A stretch of DNA of 64,000 nucleotides, from contig NYVR01000003.1 of assembly GCA_002684655.1 (NCBI GenBank), forward strand, positions 22,974 through 86,973, written 5' to 3'. Below, piece after piece: positions 47,645 through 56,894 of this stretch. This DNA comes from Planctomycetota bacterium (GTDB lineage: Bacteria; Planctomycetota; UBA1135; UBA2386). The notes beneath the pieces were generated by a model. It did no database searches. It was given only the letters and a program-made list of their open reading frames with translations, and was not told the DNA's origin. How positions within the stretch are numbered: position 1 is the stretch's first letter; the number at the start of each line of letters is the position of its first letter. Both the position numbers and the translations under genes were made by a program.

Positions 47645-49549
47645 GTGATGACCACCGCCTCTCGCCCCTGCAGGTTCCTACGATCTCTGCTCCTGTTATT
47701 GGTAGCAGCGCTCGCGGCCAGCCACGCCGCGGCACAGCGGTCCTCCCTGGGTTCGGTGCTTTCCAACCCGACCTTTGAGGCCGGTCGCGTGGGCAAGGCT
47801 CCGCCTGAGTGGTGGTTGAGCGCGCAGGGCTCCTGCACCTGCAAGGTCATCGAGGGCGACGCGTTCCAAGGCGACCGCGCGGCGTTCCTCAACTCGTCTG
47901 ATTCAGAGTTCCATGAGCAGTCTCAGCTCATGCAGACGATCGACGCGCAACCTTGGCGAGGCAAGCGCCTCAAGTATCGCGCGGCGGTGAAGTCGGTGGA
48001 GGTCGGCGGCGGCGTTGGCTCGCCTATCTGGTGGCTATGTTGCAAGGTGGAGCGATCGCGTGATGCCGACGGAAAGATGCAGCCAGGGGCGTCCGATATG
48101 GGGCGTCCGCGGCCGATCAAGAACTCTAGCTGGGACCTCTACGAGATCGTCCTCGACGTCGCAGCGGACGCGACGCAGGTGACCCTCGGGCTCGGCATGA
48201 TCGGCAAAGGCAAGGTCTGGTTCGACGCTGTGACGCTGGAGGCCGTCGACGCGTCGGTCGAGATCACCACGCCTAGAGGGGTGACGCCGATCGAAGGTGC
48301 GCTCAGCGCGCAGTTCGCCAAGGACCCGGCATCGCGTCAGGCTGAAGCAATGTACGCACAGAAGCAGCCGTTCTGGACAGCGTGGTTGATGGTCGCTGTG
48401 GTCGCTGTCGGCCTCTTCGTGCTTGCTATGTGGCCGTTGCGTCGGCTGGCCGACGGCTCAACTGACAACAGCGACGTCGTCGCTGCATACCTTGACGACA
48501 CCGGCATGGGCCGGATGCGTTACTTCGCGCTCCGCTTTACGATCGTCTACTGGTTGCTCTTCTTCTTGCCGGAGCCGGTCACCACGATGGTCTTTATGGT
48601 CGCGCGGCTGCTAGACGCGGGCGCGGACGTCCAGTGGCTGGCTTTCATGCGAGATTGGTCTGACCCGCTCAACTGGTTCAACAGCGAGCTGGTCGGCGCG
48701 CACCGTGATTACACCGGATGGTTAAGCGGCGTCATCGCAGAGGGAGTCTTTGACGAGCGCTCCGTCCTGGTGCCGCCATCACGCGACAGCAGCGACACAA
48801 CCATGGGCTACTTACTGCTCTTGGGTTACGTCGTGACAGCGGCCGTCGTCGCCGTGGCATGGACCGCGCTGCAGCGTCTGCGGCCGTCGCGAAACGCCTC
48901 CGTGGATCTGCTGCGCAGCTTCCTGCGCTACGCGCTCGCTTTCGCCTTGTTCGCGTCCGGTTTAGCGAAGCTTGATCCGTCAACCACGCCGTTCCCGGAG
49001 CTCACGGTGGATCGTCTCGATGTGACCTGGGGGGCGACCTCGCCGATGGAGCTTGTGTGGGGCTTCATGAGCGCGTCGCGGCCCTACACAGTCTTCGTCG
49101 GCGTCGCAGAGTCGATCGCGGCTGTGCTGCTGCTTTGGCGCCACACGGCGCTGCTCGGCGCGTTGATCTCGGTTGTCGCTATGGCGAACGTGATGATGCT
49201 GAACTTCTGCTACGACTTGCCGCAGAAGATTCTGTCGACGCACCTGATGTTAGGCGCCGTCATGATCGTGGTGCCCGATGTGCGGCGACTCGCGTCGTTG
49301 TTCTTCGCTCACCGCAACTCCAAAGACCTGGGGACCGCGAGCTACTGGTCCGTCAGCCGGACTCCATACATTCGGTGGTTGCCCAAGGGCCTCATCATCG
49401 CGTGTTGCTTCCTGCCGCCGGTCGCTGAGCGAGTTTGGACCTTGTTCACGGTGGAAACAGCGGTGCAGGCGCCGCTCAGCGACCGAGGTGACCGCCTGCT
49501 GGTCGAACGAGGCTTCCGGTGGGTGAACGAGTATCCGCTCAACCGCTGA
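47645..49549 (+). CDS. Membrane protein: exported jelly-roll/CBM-like N-terminal domain plus DoxX-like multi-TM C-terminal domain
   Basis: Signal peptide and NPTFEAGRVGKAPPEWW...VWFDAVTLEAV (CBM4_9-like feel), then about 8 TM segments including SGLAKLD...VGVAESIAAVLLLWRHTALLGALISV. Confidence 0.6.
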   Translation: MMTTASRPCRFLRSLLLLLVAALAASHAAAQRSSLGSVLSNPTFEAGRVGKAPPEWWLSAQGSCTCKVIEGDAFQGDRAAFLNSSDSEFHEQSQLMQTIDAQPWRGKRLKYRAAVKSVEVGGGVGSPIWWLCCKVERSRDADGKMQPGASDMGRPRPIKNSSWDLYEIVLDVAADATQVTLGLGMIGKGKVWFDAVTLEAVDASVEITTPRGVTPIEGALSAQFAKDPASRQAEAMYAQKQPFWTAWLMVAVVAVGLFVLAMWPLRRLADGSTDNSDVVAAYLDDTGMGRMRYFALRFTIVYWLLFFLPEPVTTMVFMVARLLDAGADVQWLAFMRDWSDPLNWFNSELVGAHRDYTGWLSGVIAEGVFDERSVLVPPSRDSSDTTMGYLLLLGYVVTAAVVAVAWTALQRLRPSRNASVDLLRSFLRYALAFALFASGLAKLDPSTTPFPELTVDRLDVTWGATSPMELVWGFMSASRPYTVFVGVAESIAAVLLLWRHTALLGALISVVAMANVMMLNFCYDLPQKILSTHLMLGAVMIVVPDVRRLASLFFAHRNSKDLGTASYWSVSRTPYIRWLPKGLIIACCFLPPVAERVWTLFTVETAVQAPLSDRGDRLLVERGFRWVNEYPLNR

Positions 49550-49556
49550 AGGCGCC

Positions 49557-50753
49557 CTATTCGTAGCCGAATCGCCAGGGCCGGTTGTCCATCGGGAGCT
49601 CGTCGACGTGTAGCCCCCGGAGCTTCTCGAATCGCGGCGTCATCTCTTGGATCGAGTCGCCGCCAAGCTTCTCCGACAGCGCGTCTGCAAGCACGATCGC
49701 GACCATCGCTTCACAGATCGGGACGGCGCGCGGGACCTGGCAGTAGTCGCTCCGCTCGTAGTTGGTGGTGGCAGGCGCGCCCGTCGCGAGGTCGACGGAG
49801 CCAAGGGGGCGGAGGGTGGTCGCGATGGGCTTGATGGCCGTGCGGGCGACGAGCGGCGCGCCGTTTGTGATGCCTCCCTCAACGCCACCTGCCCGGTTGG
49901 TGTCCCGGATGAGTTTGCCGTCATCGCTTCGGAGCTCGTCGTGCGTGGCCGTCCCGTGGCGACGGGTCGAATCAAAGCCGCCGCCGATCTCGACCCCCTT
50001 GGCGGCGTTGACGCTCATCAGAGCGCCGGCGATTCGGGCGTCGATGCGGCGATCGTGCTGTACGTAGCTGCCGAGCCCGACCGGTACGCCGGTGGCGAAG
50101 GTCTCTACCACGCCGCCGAGCGTGTCCTTGTTCTTGATGGCCTGCGTGATGGCGGCTCGCATGGCTTCTTGCACGGCGGGGTGGGGGCAGCGTACGTCGT
50201 TCTGCTCGGCTGTTTGAGCGCGGTCAAGCAGCGCGGCGCCCTCGGCAGCAGGCTCTTCGAAGGGGCAATCAACCTCGCCGATCGCGGTTACGTAGCCGCC
50301 GACTTCGACGCCGAACGTGCTCAGCAACGCCCTGCAGATAGCCCCGACGGCGACGCGCGCAGCCGTCTCGCGCGCGGACGCCCGCTCGAGCGATAGCCTG
50401 AGCTCTCGGTAGCCATACTTTGCTGCGCCTGTCAGGTCTGCGTGACCTGGTCTAGGAACAGTCATCGGGGCGATCTCGCGGTCGCGCCAATTTTCATAGT
50501 CGCGGTTCTCGATGACGAACGCGATCGGTGCCCCGGTCGTGTATCCGGCCATCACTCCGGCAGTGATCTGTGCGCGGTCGCTCTCGATCTTCATCCGTCC
50601 GCCGGCGCCAAAGCCCTGTTGGCGCCTGCACAGCTGCTCTGCGATCGTCGCTTCGCTCAGCGCAACTCCTGCCGGCATGCCCTCGAGCACGCCGGTCAGC
50701 GACGGTCCGTGGGACTCGCCGGCGGTCAGGAATCGCAGTCTGCTCGTGAACAT
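49557..50753 (-). CDS. aroC: Chorismate synthase
   Basis: LRFLTAGESHGP, GRHDP-equivalent regions, and full length of 398 aa. Confidence 0.95.
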   Translation of the reverse strand: MFTSRLRFLTAGESHGPSLTGVLEGMPAGVALSEATIAEQLCRRQQGFGAGGRMKIESDRAQITAGVMAGYTTGAPIAFVIENRDYENWRDREIAPMTVPRPGHADLTGAAKYGYRELRLSLERASARETAARVAVGAICRALLSTFGVEVGGYVTAIGEVDCPFEEPAAEGAALLDRAQTAEQNDVRCPHPAVQEAMRAAITQAIKNKDTLGGVVETFATGVPVGLGSYVQHDRRIDARIAGALMSVNAAKGVEIGGGFDSTRRHGTATHDELRSDDGKLIRDTNRAGGVEGGITNGAPLVARTAIKPIATTLRPLGSVDLATGAPATTNYERSDYCQVPRAVPICEAMVAIVLADALSEKLGGDSIQEMTPRFEKLRGLHVDELPMDNRPWRFGYE

Positions 50754-50801
50754 AGACGCGTTGAGCGTAACGGAGCCGAGGCGCTGGCCATCCCTCCTCG
50801 A

Positions 50802-52523
50802 CTACGAACGGTGTTCCAGCGACAGCGCCGCCGCCGCAGCGGTCACCTGATCCTGCAGCTGCAGCGAAGCGTCGATGGTGCGGTCTGCTGCCGCTTGAAA
50901 TAGCGGCGCGCGTCGGCTGACTAGGTCGTCGACTTCCGCGACGATGGGCGCGCCCGTAACAGTGGGGCGGTCGCTTCCATCTATCCGCTCGCGGAGCAGC
51001 GCCGCCGCCGCCTCGAGGTAGATTACGATCGCCCGCTGTCGCAGTCGTTCGCGAACGGCGGCTGTCTCAAGAGCGCCGCCGCCGAGGGCGAGCACGCGCC
51101 CGGGCAGGAGCTCTTCTTTGATCACCTGCGCCTCTTTCTCCCTGAAGGCGGGCCACCCCCGCGCGGCGACGAATGGAGAAATCGGGCCGTGTTGTGCGGC
51201 GAACTCTTCGTCGGAGTCGACGAAATCCGCGCCCAGGTGCGCGGCGAGGGCGCGCCCAAGCGTTGACTTGCCTGCGCCGCGCATGCCTACCAGCGCGACC
51301 GGTAGGTGAAGCTCGCGTACCTTCTCAAGGTCGCGCCAAAAGCCCGGGTAGCTCTTGTTGACGCAGTCAGGCTCTGAGATATCGATGTCGGGGACTCGCG
51401 CGCCCAGCAGCGCGAACGCCATGGCGACCCGGTGATCTCCTTCGGGGTCTACGGTCACGCCGTGTAGCGGCGCGCCGCCGCGCACCGTCAGCCCGTCTTC
51501 GTGTTCGGTGACATCGGCGCCGCACTTGCGCAGCTCCCGAGTCACTACGGCGACCCGGTCACATTCTTTGACCCGGACGTTGGCGGCCCCAATGAGTCGC
51601 GTCGTGCCGTCCAGCATCGCCGCGAGGCACGCGAGGTTCAGAAACTGATCAGGGATCAAGGAGACGTCGATGGTCCGTGACGCCGGCGTCTGCATGCGTC
51701 GCAGCGCTTCGTCGAGCCACTCGTCGGGTTGGCCTGATCGCCGCTTCAGGTTGCGGCCACGAACGCGGCCGCCCGTGAGGTGGTTTAGGCAGGTCCAGAC
51801 GCCCATGGCGCTCCAATCTGCGCTCGCCCGCACGCTTGCCGGGACGTCACCGTAGCCGCCCTCGACGAACGCTCGCCTGCCTCGCAGTGTCGCGCCGACG
51901 CCGAAACGCTGGATCACCTTTATGGTCCACTCTAGGAAGCCTCGAGAGGCGACCGGACCAACGAGCTCGACGTCTACGCCGGATGGCAGCGCTGCGCCGA
52001 TGAGCAGCAGCGAAGAGACGAACTGGCTGGACACAGAGCCGTCGATCAAGACCTTGCCGCCGGCGGGTCGGGCGCCGACGACGCGCAGGTCTTTGCCGTC
52101 ACGCGTGACGACGACGCCGAGCTGGCGCCACGCGTCGATCAACGGCTGCATCGGGCGTGTCTGCATCCGTTCGTCACCGGTCACCGTCCAATTCCCTGGC
52201 GTGATGGCGGCGAGCGACACGAGGAAGCGCACAGCCGTGCCCGCGTTGCCGCAGAACATCTCGCCGCTCGTTGGGGCGTCCGGCTGACGCGGGCCGACCC
52301 TGATAGTGCGGCCTTCGGCGTCTAACTGAGCCAAGTAGCCGAGCGCGGCGATCCCGCTCACCATGTAGCGCACGTCGTCGGATGCGGAGACGCCCTCGAC
52401 CGTTACTTCGCGGCCGGACAGCGCGGCGAGCACCAAGAGGCGGTTGACCTCGCTCTTGCTGCCGGGCAATTCGAGCTCGGCGGCGCTGGGGTAGAGGTGT
52501 GGAGTGATCGAGTATGTCGTCAC
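50802..52523 (-). CDS. aroA: Bifunctional 3-phosphoshikimate 1-carboxyvinyltransferase / shikimate kinase fusion
   Basis: N-terminal EPSP synthase (LPGSKSEVNRLLVLAAL, DHRVAMAF). The C-terminal ~160 aa carry a P-loop (VGMRGAGKSTLGRALA), DSDEEF and GGGA, as in AroK. Confidence 0.9.
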   Translation of the reverse strand: MTTYSITPHLYPSAAELELPGSKSEVNRLLVLAALSGREVTVEGVSASDDVRYMVSGIAALGYLAQLDAEGRTIRVGPRQPDAPTSGEMFCGNAGTAVRFLVSLAAITPGNWTVTGDERMQTRPMQPLIDAWRQLGVVVTRDGKDLRVVGARPAGGKVLIDGSVSSQFVSSLLLIGAALPSGVDVELVGPVASRGFLEWTIKVIQRFGVGATLRGRRAFVEGGYGDVPASVRASADWSAMGVWTCLNHLTGGRVRGRNLKRRSGQPDEWLDEALRRMQTPASRTIDVSLIPDQFLNLACLAAMLDGTTRLIGAANVRVKECDRVAVVTRELRKCGADVTEHEDGLTVRGGAPLHGVTVDPEGDHRVAMAFALLGARVPDIDISEPDCVNKSYPGFWRDLEKVRELHLPVALVGMRGAGKSTLGRALAAHLGADFVDSDEEFAAQHGPISPFVAARGWPAFREKEAQVIKEELLPGRVLALGGGALETAAVRERLRQRAIVIYLEAAAALLRERIDGSDRPTVTGAPIVAEVDDLVSRRAPLFQAAADRTIDASLQLQDQVTAAAAALSLEHRS

Positions 52524-53563
52524 GAGAGGGCCTTACGCATGCCTGCTTCCGTCAGCGTGACGAGCTCACCATCGCCGAGCGTGCGCGGCACGAACATCGG
52601 CACCTCGCCGCGCGCCGCCTTCTTGTCGTGGCGAGCGCGGTCCCACAACTCTTTTGGTTGGCGGAGCCGCGCTGGGATCTCGGTCGGTGCGCCGATGGCG
52701 CGGAGCATGTCTCCGATCCGAGCAGTCGTCTCGACGCTGACGTCGGCGGCTCGACATTCGGCGATGAGACCCATCGCGATCGCGGCGCCGTGCCGGACCG
52801 TTCCTTTTGCCAAGCTCTCGACGGCGTGTCCGATGGTGTGACCCGCGTTGAGGGCGCGTCTACGATCGCTCTCTCGCTCGTCGTTCAGGACGACGGCCAT
52901 CTTCATCTCGACGGCCATGGAGACGACGCGCGCGGTCGCGTCGTGATCGCGAGCGACCAGCGCTGACGCTATCTCCTCGAGCGCGACGAAGTGATCGGCG
53001 TCGAGGACGGCGGCTTTCTTGACGACTTCGACGAGTCCCTCGCGGTAGAGGTCGTCAGGGAGCGTCTCTAACCAACTCGTGTCCATCACCACGGCGTCAG
53101 GTTGGTTGATCGTGCCAATGCGATTCTTAAGGCCGCAGTGGTCGACGCCGTTCTTGCCGCCCAGGGCTGCGTCGCACATAGCGAGCGTCGTAGTCGGGCA
53201 AGAGACGAAGGCGACCCCTCGAAGGTAGACGGATGCGACGAAGCCGACGAGATCGGTGACTGTGCCGCCGCCGAGCGCGACGATCACGGTCGCGCGAGTG
53301 GCGGCCGCCCGGTGCAGCCGCTCAGCTAACTCACCGGCGGCCTGCAGGCTCTTAGTCGAGTCTTCGCCCGAAACGGCCAGCGTTGTGTCGGCGCTTAAGG
53401 CTGCCGCTACCCGATTTGCCACAGCCGCCAGCTGCTGATCGTGCACGACGACGACGTTATGTGGTCGCAGCGCGGAGACGATCTCAGGCAACCGCTGTTC
53501 GGCCCCGCGTTGGATCAAGACGCGCGACTCGCTGGTGTGCGTGAACGAGAACGTTTGGTCCAT
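52520..53563 (-). CDS. aroB: 3-dehydroquinate synthase
   Basis: ALGGGTVTDLVGFVAS, CPTTTLAMCDAALGGKNGVD, GHTIGHAVE. The downstream aroA::aroK GTG start overlaps the aroB stop (GTGA, 52520-52523). Confidence 0.9.
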   Translation of the reverse strand: MDQTFSFTHTSESRVLIQRGAEQRLPEIVSALRPHNVVVVHDQQLAAVANRVAAALSADTTLAVSGEDSTKSLQAAGELAERLHRAAATRATVIVALGGGTVTDLVGFVASVYLRGVAFVSCPTTTLAMCDAALGGKNGVDHCGLKNRIGTINQPDAVVMDTSWLETLPDDLYREGLVEVVKKAAVLDADHFVALEEIASALVARDHDATARVVSMAVEMKMAVVLNDERESDRRRALNAGHTIGHAVESLAKGTVRHGAAIAMGLIAECRAADVSVETTARIGDMLRAIGAPTEIPARLRQPKELWDRARHDKKAARGEVPMFVPRTLGDGELVTLTEAGMRKALS

Positions 53564-53644
53564 GGTGTATGCAGCGACGGTACTCGACCGGTCGCTGAAG
53601 TTCTCACCTGCAGCCGTCCCAGGTCGACTTCCGGTGTCCGCAGG

Positions 53645-54037
53645 CTAGGTCAACACGCGCGGCGCTGCGCCGGTTTGCTGGCTGCGGCTTGCATCCTCTC
53701 TCTTTTGGACGGGAGCGCCCTGGGTTGGCGTGGTCCCGCCAGACCGCTCAACGGTGCACGTCGTTCCGTGGCTCGCGGTGCCCGCCTGCAGCCACCGAGC
53801 GAAGGCGCGGACCAGAGTCGGCATGACGATGTAGCTCATTAGCGGGACCGCGAGGGCCGTCACGATCAGCGTCATTAGCGGTAGCGGGAGACGCTCTGCT
53901 AGCGACGACGGCAGGCACCACAGCAACAACGTGATGGTGGGGTAAATACCTACCCAGTTGAGCAACACCATCCGATGACGCGACGGCGTGGTTGGTCCTA
54001 GCGAGCGTCTGGTTTGCATCCACAACCAGATCGGCAT
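53645..54037 (-). CDS. Small membrane protein (two TM helices)
   Basis: VLLNWVGIYPTITLLLW...LMTLIVTALAVPLMSYIVMPTLVRAFARWL resembles the membrane tail found on some ABM-domain proteins. The start is uncertain (ATG 54037, 54019 or 53971). Confidence 0.4.
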   Translation of the reverse strand: MPIWLWMQTRRSLGPTTPSRHRMVLLNWVGIYPTITLLLWCLPSSLAERLPLPLMTLIVTALAVPLMSYIVMPTLVRAFARWLQAGTASHGTTCTVERSGGTTPTQGAPVQKREDASRSQQTGAAPRVLT

Positions 54038-54045
54038 CTCGCCGA

Positions 54046-56070
54046 CTAGCGATGCACGAATTCCGCTTTGGCCTTGGGTCCGTTCTGGAGGAAGTTCGCG
54101 ACGCCGATGCGCATGTCTTCGGTGCCACAGACCTCTCCGAAGCACTGCGCCTCGAAGGGCACTGCTTCAGCGAGCGGTAATTTGGCGGCTCCGAGGATGG
54201 CTTTCTGAAGGATCTCGTCGACGCGGCGTGAGAGGTGGCCGATTTCGATTGCGGGTAACACTTCGGGGACGTCGCTCATTGGGCCCTCGGCCATGCGCGA
54301 TCGCGGCGCTTTGCCGTCGGCCATGTCGCTGCACAGCGCGACGGCCCGGTCGACCAGGTCGCCTTCGACCTCTTCACGGATCAGTCCGAAGGCCAGCGCC
54401 TTCTCTGAGCTGATCGGTCGGCAGGTGCGCAGCATCATGTTGGCGTTTTCAAAGCCCACCAAGCGCGCCAGCCGCACGGTGCCGCCGGCCCCCGGAATGA
54501 TGCCGAGGTTTGCCTCAGGTTGACCTGCGAGCACCTTGATCCCCTTCTTGGCGATGCGGGTCTCACACGCCATCGCGGTCTCGATGCCGCCGCCGAACGC
54601 GAGGCCGTTAAGCGCGGCGACGGTCGGCTTTTGCACGGCTTGCACGGCGTCGACGCAGACCTGCGATGTCCGTGACGTTTGTTCTCCCATCTCGACGCTG
54701 TCGATCTCTGCGAGGAAGTTGACGTCGGCGCCGCTAACGAACGCCTTCTTGCCAAAGCCGGTAAGCACGATGCCCTTAACGGCGTCGTCAGCGTCGCACT
54801 CTTCGAACCGCCTCCTGAGCTCTTTAAAGACCTCCTGATCCAGCGCGTTGAGGACTTTGGGCCTGCGGATCGTCAGCACGGCCACGCCGTCGCGGTCCTC
54901 ACGCAAGATCACCGGAATGTCGAAGGGTTTGTCCGTGGCGCCGTGCGCCTCGATGCACTTGGGCACCGGGAAGCCTTCGTATTCGGCGGCGTATGCCCTC
55001 ACCAACTCAAGCGCTCGGGCTGTGCCGACCTCGTTCATGAACGAGAACGCCGGCGACATGTCCAACGCGACGTCGAGGCCCATGTTGAAGTCGGAGATCG
55101 AGATCAGCCCTGCGTCTACGATTTCACCGCAGAGGCCGAAGTAGGCGCCCATCAGCGCGTCGCGGACTTTGGTCGCGACGTCTTCGCTAACCTCGACCTT
55201 CTCGCCTCGAGCGGGCACGTCCCACGGCTCGTTGTCTGCGACCTTTTGCTTCAGGGATTCCGGCGTGCGCCAGTAAGGGCCGATCTTGGTCGTGTAGTTG
55301 TCTAGGCCGACCGCGGTGATGGGGTTGCCGCCGGTGAGGTTCATCGCGGTGAAAGATCCCACCCCCATCTTGAACGTCTTCTTGCAGACGACATCGATCT
55401 CTTTGGTCGTCGCGACGCCGCGCTCTGCGAGCAGCGCGCACGCGTAGAACAACCCCTCGAAGACCGGGTCCAGCGCGTAGCCGTAGCGAGACTGCACTTC
55501 GATCGGGACCTTGCCGATGTTCTCATAGAACGACATCAGCCATCGGGTCGTCTCGGGCGTCGTGTCTCTGCCGGTGACGACCTCGACGAGCAGGTTGCGC
55601 TCGGCAGGGAAGAAGTAGTGCACGACGCCGGTGCGCCCTTTGTGCTTGCTGTCGGCGAAGATGACCTCTGGCTCTAAGTGCGAGCTGTTGCTGCACAAGA
55701 TCGCGTCTTCCGACACCAGCTCTTCGACCGTGCCGAAGATCTTGCCCTTTAGCTCCTTGTTCTCCGTGGCTGCCTCGACGACGAGGTCGGCGCCGCGGAT
55801 GTCTTCGTAATCGGACGTCCACAAGACGCTCCCGGTCATGGCCTGCTGTTGGGCCTCGCTGAAGGCGCCGGTCTCGACGCCCTTGGCGACCTTGCGTTCC
55901 AGCTTCTTCTTACCGCCGGCCAACGCCTCGTCGCTGACGTCTACGACGACGGTCTGAACGCCGAACGGGCTGAGGACCTTGGTGAAGTAGAGGGCGATGT
56001 CCGGTCCGATCTGGCCGGAACCGATGACAGCGACCTTGCGGATCTCGCGACCTTGGTGGGTGAAGCTCAT
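54046..56070 (-). CDS. Fused 3-hydroxyacyl-CoA dehydrogenase (N-terminal) / enoyl-CoA hydratase (C-terminal)
   Basis: NAD Rossmann VAVIGSGQIGPDIA at the N-terminus. The crotonase fold lies in the C-terminal third (ALNGLAFGGGIETAMAC, PEANLGIIPGAGGT). Confidence 0.85.
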   Translation of the reverse strand: MSFTHQGREIRKVAVIGSGQIGPDIALYFTKVLSPFGVQTVVVDVSDEALAGGKKKLERKVAKGVETGAFSEAQQQAMTGSVLWTSDYEDIRGADLVVEAATENKELKGKIFGTVEELVSEDAILCSNSSHLEPEVIFADSKHKGRTGVVHYFFPAERNLLVEVVTGRDTTPETTRWLMSFYENIGKVPIEVQSRYGYALDPVFEGLFYACALLAERGVATTKEIDVVCKKTFKMGVGSFTAMNLTGGNPITAVGLDNYTTKIGPYWRTPESLKQKVADNEPWDVPARGEKVEVSEDVATKVRDALMGAYFGLCGEIVDAGLISISDFNMGLDVALDMSPAFSFMNEVGTARALELVRAYAAEYEGFPVPKCIEAHGATDKPFDIPVILREDRDGVAVLTIRRPKVLNALDQEVFKELRRRFEECDADDAVKGIVLTGFGKKAFVSGADVNFLAEIDSVEMGEQTSRTSQVCVDAVQAVQKPTVAALNGLAFGGGIETAMACETRIAKKGIKVLAGQPEANLGIIPGAGGTVRLARLVGFENANMMLRTCRPISSEKALAFGLIREEVEGDLVDRAVALCSDMADGKAPRSRMAEGPMSDVPEVLPAIEIGHLSRRVDEILQKAILGAAKLPLAEAVPFEAQCFGEVCGTEDMRIGVANFLQNGPKAKAEFVHR

Positions 56071-56274
56071 GGATTTGTCGTTTCGGGGGGAAACAGGTTA
56101 GCGATGCACCTCGGCCGGAGGAAGTCTGCAGGTCACCTGTCCGACCCGTGGCGGGGCTGCGAGCGACGTCCTGCTGGGCGTCGATGAGGCCTGCCGATCT
56201 CACGGGGCAGGTCGCCGAGGCTGTCGAGCCCGGGAGGCCGCGCGAGCGAAGCGACGATGCCGGCCTACGTGGGC

Positions 56275-56284
56275 GGGGGGGGGG
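56275..56284. repeat. G10 homopolymer in a gene-free region
   Basis: gggc GGGGGGGGGG aggc, counted across the 56280/56281 line break. Confidence 0.9.
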
Positions 56285-56560
56285 AGGCGATGCGGAGCTC
56301 GCTGGAATGGGCCGTGGCCCGCGTCGCGGCTGCATGCGCGCCGACGAGGTGAAAACAAAGCAGGCCTTCGATGGTCAACGTCCGCTGTCGAGCGCGCCGA
56401 AGAGGTCCGCTGTGCGCCCGCCGTCCTGCTGCGCCTGCGCGTGAGGCCCCGGCGGACCTCCGCCGCTTAACAGCTCGCGTCTGCGCGGACGTCGAGCGAG
56501 CCGTCCGTCGTGAGCGCGTCAGCGTTCCCCCGCAGGCGCCGCGCCCCCGAAAGGGTCAGA

Positions 56561-56605
56561 CCTGATCGAATGGCCGCTGGTTCGGCGGGCGTTCCATCGA
56601 TCAGG
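56561..56605. promoter_or_regulatory. Nested inverted repeat (12 bp outer stem with one bulge, 4 bp inner stem)
   Basis: CCTGATCGA(A)TGG at 56561-56573 pairs with CCATCGATCAGG at 56594-56605. Inner stem CCGC-tggttcg-GCGG at 56574-56588. A nearby inverted repeat TCGAT-ttattt-ATCGA lies at 56626-56641. Confidence 0.4.
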
Positions 56606-56894
56606 CGAGATTGCGGCTTCATATGTCGATTTATTTATCGAGCCCTGGATTTGCGGGTCGTCGATATCCATACGCAACGCGGCGGATTTGCGCCGTATCT
56701 GCGTAACGCCGAAATTGTGTTCATAAGCAACAACGATCCAACGCTTTGCTGTCACTGCGGCAAGCGGCGCAGTCTTGCGGTTCGAGACCTATGCTGTTTC
56801 CCGTAACAGCGGGCTGCGTCATATAGCCATTTACGCTTCATTTGCCGCCTAGCATGCGTTCTCGGCCAACTGTAGCGTGCGTCGCGAGGCCTCC

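Noticed and set aside
56117-56132. GGAGGAAGTCTGCAGG, which resembles the RNase P RNA P4 segment GAGGAAAGUCCGGGC.
   Set aside because: The match is partial only. The other universally conserved RNase P segments, such as ACAGAACCCGGCUUA, are not present nearby on either strand.
55910-56565. ORFs of 141 aa (minus strand), 98 aa and 64 aa (plus strand) in the GC-rich half of the 56.1-56.9 kb spacer, considered as a frameshifted gene around the G10 tract.
   Set aside because: The translations are Arg/Gly/Pro/Ala low-complexity with no family resemblance. Joining them through the G-tract gives nothing recognisable.
56519-56755. 78-aa minus-strand ORF (MTAKRWIVVAYEHNFGVTQIRRKS...) in the AT-richer part of the long spacer.
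   Set aside because: By my hand count only about 60% of its codons end in G/C, well below neighbouring genes. It has no recognisable motif and an Arg/Pro/Gly-rich tail. It cannot be excluded as a foreign small gene, but it is not supported.
56777-56789. GCGGTTCGAGACC, a tRNA T-loop-like string. A similar one (GCCGGTTCGAAGCC) lies at about 62320.
   Set aside because: The flanks cannot form the T-stem, acceptor stem or anticodon arm. There is no tRNA here.
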